64,000 bases of DNA from Gammaproteobacteria bacterium. GTDB lineage: Bacteria; Pseudomonadota; Gammaproteobacteria; Ga0077536. The notes beneath the pieces were generated by a model that ran no database searches, was not told the DNA's origin, and saw nothing but the letters and a program-made list of their open reading frames with translations. The translations under genes and the position numbers were made by a program. Positions 27,247 through 35,553 of this stretch are shown one piece after another. How positions within the stretch are numbered: position 1 is the stretch's first letter; each line of letters opens with the position of its first letter. The stretch spans positions 2,368,001 through 2,432,000 of the forward strand of contig CAXXLL010000003.1 of the NCBI GenBank assembly GCA_963662545.2, written 5' to 3'.

Positions 27247-28622
27247 CTCGCGGTCGATTGTCGCGCGCGGATGGCGTCTACCGCGCGCACGCCGAGCGTA
27301 CCCAGGGCCAACGAAAAGACCGGTATGAAACAGATCGAGTAACGCGGGATGCTGACCGACACGCCCGCGTAGAGCGCCAGCATGAACCAGGCCGGCGCGC
27401 TCACGAGCGCGAGCAGCCGCCATTCGCCGCGGCGGTGGAGCATTACGACCATGAATGCGGTGAGTCCGGCGACGCCCCACAGCTTCGCGACAAAAACCCC
27501 ACGCCACGCGAGCGCGACCGTCACTAACGCGTGCTTGACCGGATGCCCGAAGACTTCCTCCACGAGCAGCGTCGTCGTGACGTCGCCGTCCGGTCCGACC
27601 CGGTCGGCGACCTCCCCGTACAAGTCGACGCCGCTGCTCGAATAGCTTTCGGGTCCGAAATCGAGCCTGGCAATTGACTCGGCCGGGAACAGGCGCCTGG
27701 CGACGGTATCGCCGAAATCCGGAAACCAGTAGACGAAAGCTGCGCCGAATTCGAGCGCGCTCATGCGATTGTAGGCAACCCGCTGCGCCAGCGTATAACC
27801 GGCATAAGAATCGGTCAGGGCCGCGTCACCGAACGTAGCGCGATTGCGCACGAGCCACGGACCGACCACGATCGTGCCGGCGAGGATCGCAATGACGCCC
27901 AGGCGCCACGACACCGTAGACCTTAACGCGAGCACGAGCGCGACTACGACCAGTGCATAAGCAAGGTAAACGAATTCTGGACGCGTCATGGTCAAGAGCC
28001 CCACCGACAAGCCGAGCATGATGTACCAGCGTAAGGCGCCGCGGGCCGCCATGCAGAGAGAGACAGTCAGCAGCGCGCACAGCAGGATCGAAAGGTTTTC
28101 GGTCAACAACGCATTGGCGTAATAACTGAACTGTCCGGAAAGAGCGGCGCACAGCGCCGAAGCCCACGCCCCGGCGGCTCCACCCGCCACGATCCCGCCC
28201 GCGAACCAGATCAACGCGAGAGCGGCGACCGCTATCGCCGCCTGCACGGCCCTCACCCCGTCGAACGAATACAAGCAATCGGAATCACCGGGGAGCAGGA
28301 AACACCTCAATTGCTCCGGGGGCGGTTCACCGAGATGGAATACCCCGGCGAGAAAAGCCGGATAGAGTGGCGTATTGGCGCGCGCAGGCAGCGGTGCTGC
28401 CGCATTCCCCGGCCGGGATAAGCCGAAGACGCCGTGCTGGTACAGGTTGAGAGCGTAGTCCAGGTAACGCACCGCGTCGAAACGCGGTTCCTGCCAGCGC
28501 TCGAAGACGTACTGACTCGTCACCTGGACGGTGAAGGCAACGATTAGAAACACGGCCCACTGGACGCCGCCGGGTCGAAAGCCGCGCGACGCCGAGTCTG
28601 TCCCGTTGCCCCCTACGGCCAC
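27243..28622 (-). CDS. GT-C fold (family 39/ArnT-like) glycosyltransferase
   Basis: FDAVRYLDYA, TPLYPAFLA, LLTENL, TRPE, PWLVRN, PRY; GGAG before GTG 28622. Confidence 0.82.
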   Translation of the reverse strand: MAVGGNGTDSASRGFRPGGVQWAVFLIVAFTVQVTSQYVFERWQEPRFDAVRYLDYALNLYQHGVFGLSRPGNAAAPLPARANTPLYPAFLAGVFHLGEPPPEQLRCFLLPGDSDCLYSFDGVRAVQAAIAVAALALIWFAGGIVAGGAAGAWASALCAALSGQFSYYANALLTENLSILLCALLTVSLCMAARGALRWYIMLGLSVGLLTMTRPEFVYLAYALVVVALVLALRSTVSWRLGVIAILAGTIVVGPWLVRNRATFGDAALTDSYAGYTLAQRVAYNRMSALEFGAAFVYWFPDFGDTVARRLFPAESIARLDFGPESYSSSGVDLYGEVADRVGPDGDVTTTLLVEEVFGHPVKHALVTVALAWRGVFVAKLWGVAGLTAFMVVMLHRRGEWRLLALVSAPAWFMLALYAGVSVSIPRYSICFIPVFSLALGTLGVRAVDAIRARQSTAR

Positions 28623-28650
28623 GCTCCGATGATGCCCGCTACTCAGCGGC

Positions 28651-29682
28651 TCAATCCCAATGCGCGTGCTTGCCCAGCAGCCGCCGCAACGGCACCGTCG
28701 GTTCGTTGTTGATATCGAAGTGAATCGCCGACAACAGCATCTGCACGCCGACGATGACGGGCAGCGCCGCGAGCATGACCGTGCCGGCGGTGGCAGCCAC
28801 GCTGGTGCGGATGCTCTCCAACCACTCCGTCGCGCCGAAGTAGATACCGAACGCCAGCATGGCCGGCCCGAGCAGCCATTCAACCGAGGCAACACTGAAT
28901 CCGCGCAGGAAATAATTGTAGAAAAGGCGCTTGAGGAAGTTGATCCCGTGCCGAAACGCGAATGTGACCATCGCGCGACGCAATCGAATGCCGCTGTGCT
29001 CATCGCCGTAGCGCGCGTGCATCGGGATGTCGAGAACCACGGCGCGCAGCGTGTTCAGGCGGAACAGCATGTCCGATTCGAAAAAATAGCCGTCGTCGAC
29101 GTCGTCGAGCGGCATGAGTTCGAGCACCTGCGCGTCGATCGCGGTGAATCCATTGTTTGGATCGAACAACTGCCAGTATCCCGTGGAGAGTTTACTGACG
29201 AAGGACAGTGCGGTGTTGCCGATGAGTCTCGCCAGCGGCATCGAGCCGATCCCGCTGAGGCGATAGAAACGGTTGCCCTTGGTGTAATCGGCAACATCGG
29301 AGAGGATGGGATTGAGCAGGTGGGGGATCTCGGCCGGGTCCATCTGCCCGTCGCCGTCGAGCTTGACGATGATCTCCATGCCGTCGGCGAGCGCCGCACG
29401 GTAACCCGATTTCATGGCCGCGCCGACGCCGCGGTTGTGCTCGTGGTAGAGGACGCGGACGCGCTGGTCTTCGACCTTATCCTCGATGTATCGACCGGTG
29501 CCATCGGGGCAGCCGTCGTCCACGCAATAAATCCGGGTAACCTCTTCTGGCATGGCGCTCAACACCTCGAGTATGGAGGCGCGTTCGCGATGACAGGGGA
29601 TGACGACGCCGACGGCGGCCTGGCGCGGGCTGGCGTCGGCCTGGCGGCTTGGAAACCTGACAGCTTTTGCCTGCGATATCAT
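28651..29682 (-). CDS. GT2 polyprenol-phosphate glycosyltransferase (DPM1-like) with C-terminal TM helices
   Basis: VVIPCH, VDDGCPDGT, NRGVG, KLDGDGQMDP, KGNRF, FESDML. Confidence 0.92.
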   Translation of the reverse strand: MISQAKAVRFPSRQADASPRQAAVGVVIPCHRERASILEVLSAMPEEVTRIYCVDDGCPDGTGRYIEDKVEDQRVRVLYHEHNRGVGAAMKSGYRAALADGMEIIVKLDGDGQMDPAEIPHLLNPILSDVADYTKGNRFYRLSGIGSMPLARLIGNTALSFVSKLSTGYWQLFDPNNGFTAIDAQVLELMPLDDVDDGYFFESDMLFRLNTLRAVVLDIPMHARYGDEHSGIRLRRAMVTFAFRHGINFLKRLFYNYFLRGFSVASVEWLLGPAMLAFGIYFGATEWLESIRTSVAATAGTVMLAALPVIVGVQMLLSAIHFDINNEPTVPLRRLLGKHAHWD

Positions 29683-29951
29683 GGCTCGGACTAGCGTGGT
29701 TCAGCACAGGTGCGGCGCTGACACGCGCTCTTGGTTGCGGTGCGGCGGGCGCATGCAACGATAGCATGAATCGCCGCACAGCAAGTAGATTGCCGCGACC
29801 ATTCCCCAACCAGTGATCGCCGAGGAACGACTATTTTTTTACAGCATCACACAGAGGGTACTCCAAAATATTAGTACGATTACTTTGTGTTTGCGTAATC
29901 ATTTTTTGTGTTTCTGGACGTGCATGAGCTAGCTGGTATTTCTCGCCGCGG

Positions 29952-31037
29952 TCAATAGACGATGACGCCGCGCGCGTTGACGCCTTTCTCGAGATCCTCG
30001 AAGGCCTGCGGTGCCTCGTCGAGCGAGTAGGTGCGCGTGATCAATCGGTCCAGGTCCAGCTTCTTCTGACGGTACAGATCCAGGTACAGGGGGAAATCGA
30101 CCTTGAAATTGGCACTGCCGTACATGCAGCCCTTGATCGTCTTAGCGGTGAAGGGAACGATCATCGCGTTGAACGAAAAACGATCGTCTGTGCGGCCGAC
30201 GCCGACCAGCACCGTCATGCCGTTCATGCGTGTCGATTTGAAGCACTGTTCGACCAGTTTGCCGCTGCCGACCACTTCAAATGCGTAATCGACGCCGATG
30301 CCGCCGGTCAGGCCCAGGATCTCTTTGAAGGCATCGCCTTCCCCGGGTGCGACCGTATCCGTGGCCCCGAAGAGCCTGGCCAGTTCCAGCTTCTCGGTCG
30401 AGAGATCGACGGCGATGATCTGCGCCGCGCCCGCGATCCGTGCGCCCTGGATCACATTGAGGCCGACTCCGCCGCAGCCGAACACCGCGACGGTCGAGCC
30501 CGTCTTGACTTCCGCGGTCTTGATCGCAGCGCCGACGCCGGTGGTCACGCCGCAGCCGACCAGCGCGGCCGCCTTGAAATCATAGGACTTGTCGATCGCG
30601 ACGACGCAGACCGACGGCACCACGCAGTATTCCGCCATGTTGCCGAGAAAGGACATGACCGCGATTTCCTCACCATTCAAGCGCACCCGGCTCGTGCCGT
30701 CCATCAAACCACCGTGCGGCTTATTCTTCTGGCACAGATGCGGTTCGCTTCGATTACAAAAAAAGCAATCGCCGCAGTTCGGCACGAATGAGAGCACGAC
30801 GTGATCGCCCGGCGCGACGTTCGTGACGCCTTCGCCCACCTCCTCAACGATGCCGGCGCCCTCGTGGCCCAGCACCGAAGGCAGCTTCCAGCGGATCGTG
30901 CCGTTGATGATCGAGAGATCGGAACGACAGATACCGGTCGCCTGCATCTTCACCAAGACCTCGCCCGCCTTGGGCGCATCCAAGTCTACGTCCACCACTG
31001 AAAAATCATCGATTGCGTGTGCCACTACTGCCTTCAT
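29952..31037 (-). CDS. Zn-dependent alcohol dehydrogenase (class III-like MDR)
   Basis: GICRSD, LGHEGAG, CGDCFFC..C, GCGVTTGVG, FGCGGVGL; start trimmed to MKAVV. Confidence 0.93.
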   Translation of the reverse strand: MKAVVAHAIDDFSVVDVDLDAPKAGEVLVKMQATGICRSDLSIINGTIRWKLPSVLGHEGAGIVEEVGEGVTNVAPGDHVVLSFVPNCGDCFFCNRSEPHLCQKNKPHGGLMDGTSRVRLNGEEIAVMSFLGNMAEYCVVPSVCVVAIDKSYDFKAAALVGCGVTTGVGAAIKTAEVKTGSTVAVFGCGGVGLNVIQGARIAGAAQIIAVDLSTEKLELARLFGATDTVAPGEGDAFKEILGLTGGIGVDYAFEVVGSGKLVEQCFKSTRMNGMTVLVGVGRTDDRFSFNAMIVPFTAKTIKGCMYGSANFKVDFPLYLDLYRQKKLDLDRLITRTYSLDEAPQAFEDLEKGVNARGVIVY

Positions 31038-31214
31038 GAGGGCCGATCTCCCGAAATTCATGCCAAAATTTTGTAAGGGCGCGAGGTTACCATTTCTGGC
31101 CTCGATTTGGGTCCCCAGGAGGCCACTGCCTGCGCGCGTCTCATGATGCATTCAACCGCCCGGATCTGATAGGCTTCGGGGCTGTCACCTGCCAATTAAG
31201 GGCGAGCTAGGCCA

Positions 31215-32366
31215 ATGGAATACCGGATCAAGCAACTCCTTGCTGCACTCTTCTCAATCGTCATATTCGCAAGCGCCTCCGCGGAACTGAAACCTGAGGT
31301 CACGAAGGCCGCAACCCTGCCGGACAAGCCGGGCGCCCACTGGTTCTGGGTCAACGATATAGTCTTCAATCACATGGAAGCCGGCAAAGCGTTTCTAATC
31401 GACGGCGACAGCGGGCAGATGCTCGGCATGCTGAGCGTCGGCTACTTCTTCGCATCGCTGATCCTGCCGTCGGATTACGGCACGATTTATTCGCCCGAGA
31501 TCTATTACACGCGGGGAACCCGCGGTAAGCGCGAAGACATCGTCGCCTACTATGATCCGAAAAACCTGTCACTGCTCCACGAGATCGACATTCCGCCAAA
31601 GAAATCGAGTTCGGTCTCACTCGTCGGCCACGCCAACCTGACCAGCGACGACCGCTTTTTTGCGGTCTACAACTTCACGCCCGCGCAATCCATCTCTCTG
31701 GTCGACATCGAGGCCCGGAAATTCCTCGCCGAAGTTGAAACACCGGGTTGCGCCCAGGTTTATTCGGCGGGGCCGCGTGCTTTCAACATGGTCTGCGGCG
31801 ACGGCACCATGTTGACACTCAAGCTCGATGACGACGGCAAGGTGACGGCGACTGAACAAAGCAAAAAGTTCTACGAGCCCCAGGGCGACACCATCGACGA
31901 CAAGGTCGCCCGGGTCGGCGACACCTGGTATTTCTTCACCATGGAGGGCATCGTCAAGCCCATTGACATGGCCGGTGGCAATCCGAAATTCGAAGAGGAA
32001 TGGCAGCTCTTCGGCGAAGGCGACGCCGCTTGGCGGCCCGGCGGCTATCAGTACGCGACCATCAATACCGCGCACTCGGAGCTCTACGTACTCGTTCATG
32101 AAGGCGGGAAGTGGACGCATAAGGATCCGGGTAAGGACGTTTGGGTTTACGATCTGAAAACGAACAAGCGCGTCCGCAAGATAAAACTAGACCACAAGGC
32201 CGGATCGATCGAGGTCAGCCAGGACGCGGAACCGGTGCTTTTGACCGCGTATGCCGGCTCGTCTGACGTACATATCTATGACGCGCGTTCGGGCAAATAC
32301 TTACGCGGCCTGAAAGAGATCGGGTTTTCTCCCATCCTTCTCCAATCCGTTCCGATGGTGAAATGA
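31215..32366 (+). CDS. aauB: TTQ amine dehydrogenase large subunit (AauB/MauB)
   Basis: Signal peptide; TRGTRGKREDIV, YNFTPAQS, CGDGT, WRPGGYQ, HKDPG. Confidence 0.88.
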   Translation: MEYRIKQLLAALFSIVIFASASAELKPEVTKAATLPDKPGAHWFWVNDIVFNHMEAGKAFLIDGDSGQMLGMLSVGYFFASLILPSDYGTIYSPEIYYTRGTRGKREDIVAYYDPKNLSLLHEIDIPPKKSSSVSLVGHANLTSDDRFFAVYNFTPAQSISLVDIEARKFLAEVETPGCAQVYSAGPRAFNMVCGDGTMLTLKLDDDGKVTATEQSKKFYEPQGDTIDDKVARVGDTWYFFTMEGIVKPIDMAGGNPKFEEEWQLFGEGDAAWRPGGYQYATINTAHSELYVLVHEGGKWTHKDPGKDVWVYDLKTNKRVRKIKLDHKAGSIEVSQDAEPVLLTAYAGSSDVHIYDARSGKYLRGLKEIGFSPILLQSVPMVK

Positions 32367-32381
32367 ACCGCGGCCAGTAAG

Positions 32382-32936
32382 GTGCCCGAATTGGACCCCG
32401 TCATTGTTCTCTCCGCACGCTACGGCCTGGCGCTTCTGCTGCTGTCGGCGGCGGTCGGAAAACTTCGCGGCTTAACGTATTTCCGCGGCAATCTACGGGA
32501 GTACGCCCTGCTCCCCGATCCAATCGTTCCCATGGCAGCCGTCCTCATTCCGCTGGTCGAATTGATGATCGCGGCGGCGGCCGTGAATACCGCCACGGGC
32601 GCGCACGCCATGATCGCAGGCGGCACCCTGCTCGGTGTCTATGCGTTTGCGATAGGTATCAATCTTCTGCGCGGACGCAGCGATATCGACTGCGGTTGCA
32701 CGGGACCCGCCGCACGGCAGACGCTGAACGGATGGTTGGTGCTGCGTAATATCGCTTTGATCGCGGTTGCGGCGTGCGGCGCCGCAGCGCCCGCGACGCG
32801 CCCGCTCGGCGCGCTGGACTTCGCCGTGCTACTCCTCGCTGTTGGCAGTGGTTCGGTTCTTTACGCGGCGGTCAATCAGTTGACGGCCAACGCGCCTCAC
32901 CTCGACGCGATGGACGCCTACATGGAGCAACCCTAA
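32382..32936 (+). CDS. mauE: Amine dehydrogenase maturation membrane protein (AauE/MauE)
   Basis: AVGKL, INLLRGRSDIDCGC, LVLRN. Confidence 0.9.
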   Translation: MPELDPVIVLSARYGLALLLLSAAVGKLRGLTYFRGNLREYALLPDPIVPMAAVLIPLVELMIAAAAVNTATGAHAMIAGGTLLGVYAFAIGINLLRGRSDIDCGCTGPAARQTLNGWLVLRNIALIAVAACGAAAPATRPLGALDFAVLLLAVGSGSVLYAAVNQLTANAPHLDAMDAYMEQP

Positions 32937-33565
32937 TGGAAAGCGCGCTGACCGTCTCCAATCTCATCTTGTGGATCGTCGTTATCGTGCTGGGTGTAAC
33001 CGTGCTGGCGCTGGCGCGACAGGTCGGCGTGATCTTCGAACGGATCGCACCGGCCGGAGCGCTCACGATCGGCGCCGGTCCGGGTGCCGGCGACGAAGCC
33101 CCGATCATGGATTTAGAAACCCTGGACGGAAAGCCGATACGGCTCGGCGGACCGAGTGAGGCGTCGCGCACGACCCTGATATTCTTCCTGTCGCCGACCT
33201 GCCCGATCTGCGACACCCTGCTGCCGGTGTTGCGTTCACTCAAGAAAGACGAATCGGGCTGGCTCGATATCGTCCTTGCCAGCGACGGCGAACTCGCCGA
33301 GCAACGCGCGTTCCACGAGCGCAAACGCCTTGCCGATTTTCCCTATATCGTTTCCACCCAGCTCGGGCTGACCTACCAAGTCGGTAAGCTGCCCTTCGCC
33401 GTGCTGATCGATGAGGCGGGCGTGGTCTGCGCCAAGGGGCTCACCAACAACCGTGAACACCTAGAAAGCCTGTTCGAAGCGAAGGAGCGGGGAGTATCAT
33501 CCATTCAGGAATACGTCGCCCAACAGCATGCAGGCGGCGCCGACGGCAAGCGGGACGTCGCCTGA
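32936..33565 (+). CDS. mauD: Amine dehydrogenase accessory thiol-disulfide protein (AauD/MauD)
   Basis: LARQVGVIFERIAPAGAL, FLSPTCPIC, AKGLTNNREHLESL; TAATG overlap. Confidence 0.92.
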   Translation: MESALTVSNLILWIVVIVLGVTVLALARQVGVIFERIAPAGALTIGAGPGAGDEAPIMDLETLDGKPIRLGGPSEASRTTLIFFLSPTCPICDTLLPVLRSLKKDESGWLDIVLASDGELAEQRAFHERKRLADFPYIVSTQLGLTYQVGKLPFAVLIDEAGVVCAKGLTNNREHLESLFEAKERGVSSIQEYVAQQHAGGADGKRDVA

Positions 33566-33600
33566 AGGCGGTCAATGTCTTAAATCAAGGATCTGAACTC

Positions 33601-34140
33601 ATGAAATGGTTGGATAAGTATTCGGAACTCGGCACACGGAACCTGGCGCGACACGCCGCCCGGCGCAGCTTTCTGACCCGCTTCGGGGCCGTTCTCGTCG
33701 GCGCCGCCGCCTTTCCGACCTTGCCGGTGGCCCGCGCTGATTCCCATCGGATGCCGGCACCGGATGAATCCGGGATCGAGGGCGATCCGGGCAATCCGCA
33801 AAGCTGCGATTACTGGCGTTACTGCAGCATGGACGGATTTTTGTGCTCGTGCTGTGGCGGCACGATGAATTCCTGTCCGCCGGGAACCGAGCCCTCGCCC
33901 ATTACATGGATCGGTACCTGCCGCAATCCCACCGATGGCAAGGATTACATCATTTCCTACAACGACTGCTGCGGCAAGAGCGGTTGCGGGCGGTGCTTTT
34001 GTAACACCAACGTCGGCGACGCACCGATATTCAGGCCCTCGCTCGATAACGACATCAACTGGTGCATCGGCACGAAGAGCAACGCCTATCACTGCTCCGT
34101 GGGTGCGGTCATTGGGGTCGCGACCGAAAAGAAGGCCTGA
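33601..34140 (+). CDS. aauA: TTQ amine dehydrogenase small subunit, aromatic-amine-dehydrogenase-like
   Basis: Tat signal ARRSFL; CDYWRYC, CSCCGG..CPPG, TWIGTC and NDINWC carry the two TTQ tryptophans. Confidence 0.92.
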   Translation: MKWLDKYSELGTRNLARHAARRSFLTRFGAVLVGAAAFPTLPVARADSHRMPAPDESGIEGDPGNPQSCDYWRYCSMDGFLCSCCGGTMNSCPPGTEPSPITWIGTCRNPTDGKDYIISYNDCCGKSGCGRCFCNTNVGDAPIFRPSLDNDINWCIGTKSNAYHCSVGAVIGVATEKKA

Positions 34141-34156
34141 CGGACGGGTTCTCCAG

Positions 34157-34630
34157 ATGGCGGTCCGCACCGCTTTAAGTTGTCCAGGAACGGTGGCCGG
34201 CGCGCTCCTCCTCGGCGCTTGTATCTCACTCAGCGCGGTGTCGACGGCCGCCGCCGAGGTCAATTCACCTCGTGTCGACTTCATGCTCGAATGCCAGGGC
34301 TGCCATCTGCCCGGGGGCATCGGAATAACCGAGATCGGGGTACCCCGCCTGAAGGGTCATGTGTCCAAGTTTCTGCATTCGGCCGAGGGGCGGGCGTTTC
34401 TCTTGCGCGTACCCGGCGTCGCCCAGTCCGCCCTCTCCGATGGTCGCCTGGCGGCGGTCATGAACTGGATGGTGCGGGAGTTCGATCCGGACAACCTGCC
34501 GGTCGATTTCGAAGACTATCAGGTCGATGAAGTGAGCCGGTGGCGCATACAGATCCTGCGAAACGTCAATCAGCTACGCGGCCCGATTCTCGAGGCGTCG
34601 GGATTCGATCCGAACGACGGGTATCGGTAA
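34157..34630 (+). CDS. Exported monoheme c-type cytochrome
   Basis: Signal peptide and a single CQGCH motif; GRAFLLRVPGVAQSAL. Confidence 0.85.
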   Translation: MAVRTALSCPGTVAGALLLGACISLSAVSTAAAEVNSPRVDFMLECQGCHLPGGIGITEIGVPRLKGHVSKFLHSAEGRAFLLRVPGVAQSALSDGRLAAVMNWMVREFDPDNLPVDFEDYQVDEVSRWRIQILRNVNQLRGPILEASGFDPNDGYR

Positions 34631-34647
34631 CGGTCGCCTACGGCTCG

Positions 34648-34669
34648 TTCGCCCGCAAGCGGGCTCCTA
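34648..34669 (-). repeat. Single REP (GTAG-type) element
   Basis: ttcgcccgcaagcgggctccta, same as the REP at 39258. Confidence 0.75.
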
Positions 34670-34831
34670 GTGTGCCGTCCCGTAAATATATTTCATAAGT
34701 CGCGCAGGGATTTTTGTTCCTGGCAAGGCGCGAGGACGCCGTGTAGTGGGCTCTACACTCCGACGAGCAACGCCGCCAGGGGCAAAAAGAACCAGCGAAT
34801 TGTGGAATATATTTACGGGACGGCACACTAG
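34667..34831. mobile_element. MITE with 26-bp perfect terminal inverted repeats including flanking CTAG (IS630-like ends)
   Basis: ctagtgtgccgtcccgtaaatatatt ... aatatatttacgggacggcacactag; palindromic interior; no coding capacity. Confidence 0.85.
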
Positions 34832-35406
34832 AAGACGGGCTCCGGCAAGCCCACCCTTTCCCGAAATTCATTCATCCATCGATCCGCCGACCAGTTGGCA
34901 TTGGCCTCGGTATTGCGCTCGACGACCTGCCCGGAATCGGCGAGAAAATGGAAGCATTCGTGCGCCAGGGTATGAATGGCGCATTCGGCGAGATCGGCGA
35001 AACGAAATTCCTGTTCACCGGAGACCCAGCCGCGCAGATTGCGCGTCGATTTGACGCGGCCCCAGTGCACATAGGTAAAGGGCGGAGCCTGCTCGATGTT
35101 GACGCTGGCCCGGATGCGGTAGCCGTGGTCCCAGCTCTCAGACACTGGGTCTTTGCGGTAGGGAAAATCGCAGGCCCCATGCAACAGGGTCTTGTGATTG
35201 AGCGGCAGGAGCTTGATCCAGTCAAGCCTCTTCGTGTCGTAGGCCGCGAGCTTTGCGGTGATGAAATTCAACACGTGCGGCATGCCGACTTTGTCGATGA
35301 GCCTGTACTCGGTTTCGCGCAGGAGCTCCACGTGAAATAGCTTACCCGTCACAAGGTATTTAGCCAACACAAACGTGACGAACATTTTCGCAAAGATTGA
35401 ACGCAA
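34828..35406 (-). CDS. Hypothetical protein with HExxH motif (start uncertain)
   Basis: TLAHECFHFL followed by EANAN. Confidence 0.65.
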   Translation of the reverse strand: MRSIFAKMFVTFVLAKYLVTGKLFHVELLRETEYRLIDKVGMPHVLNFITAKLAAYDTKRLDWIKLLPLNHKTLLHGACDFPYRKDPVSESWDHGYRIRASVNIEQAPPFTYVHWGRVKSTRNLRGWVSGEQEFRFADLAECAIHTLAHECFHFLADSGQVVERNTEANANWSADRWMNEFRERVGLPEPVF

Positions 35407-35553
35407 TACGAATTCAAGAATCGAAATTAGCGACCGCTAGATCTGTGAGGCCGCCCGTGGTGTTTATCGGTCGACCGTCGTAGAATTACGCGTCGAATTT
35501 ATTTATCGACACGCTGGAGAAGGTGTAGACCATCCCCAGCGAAGGAGTGGCGC

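Noticed and set aside
28660-29694. 344-aa plus-strand ORF
   Set aside because: Antisense shadow of the GT2 gene.
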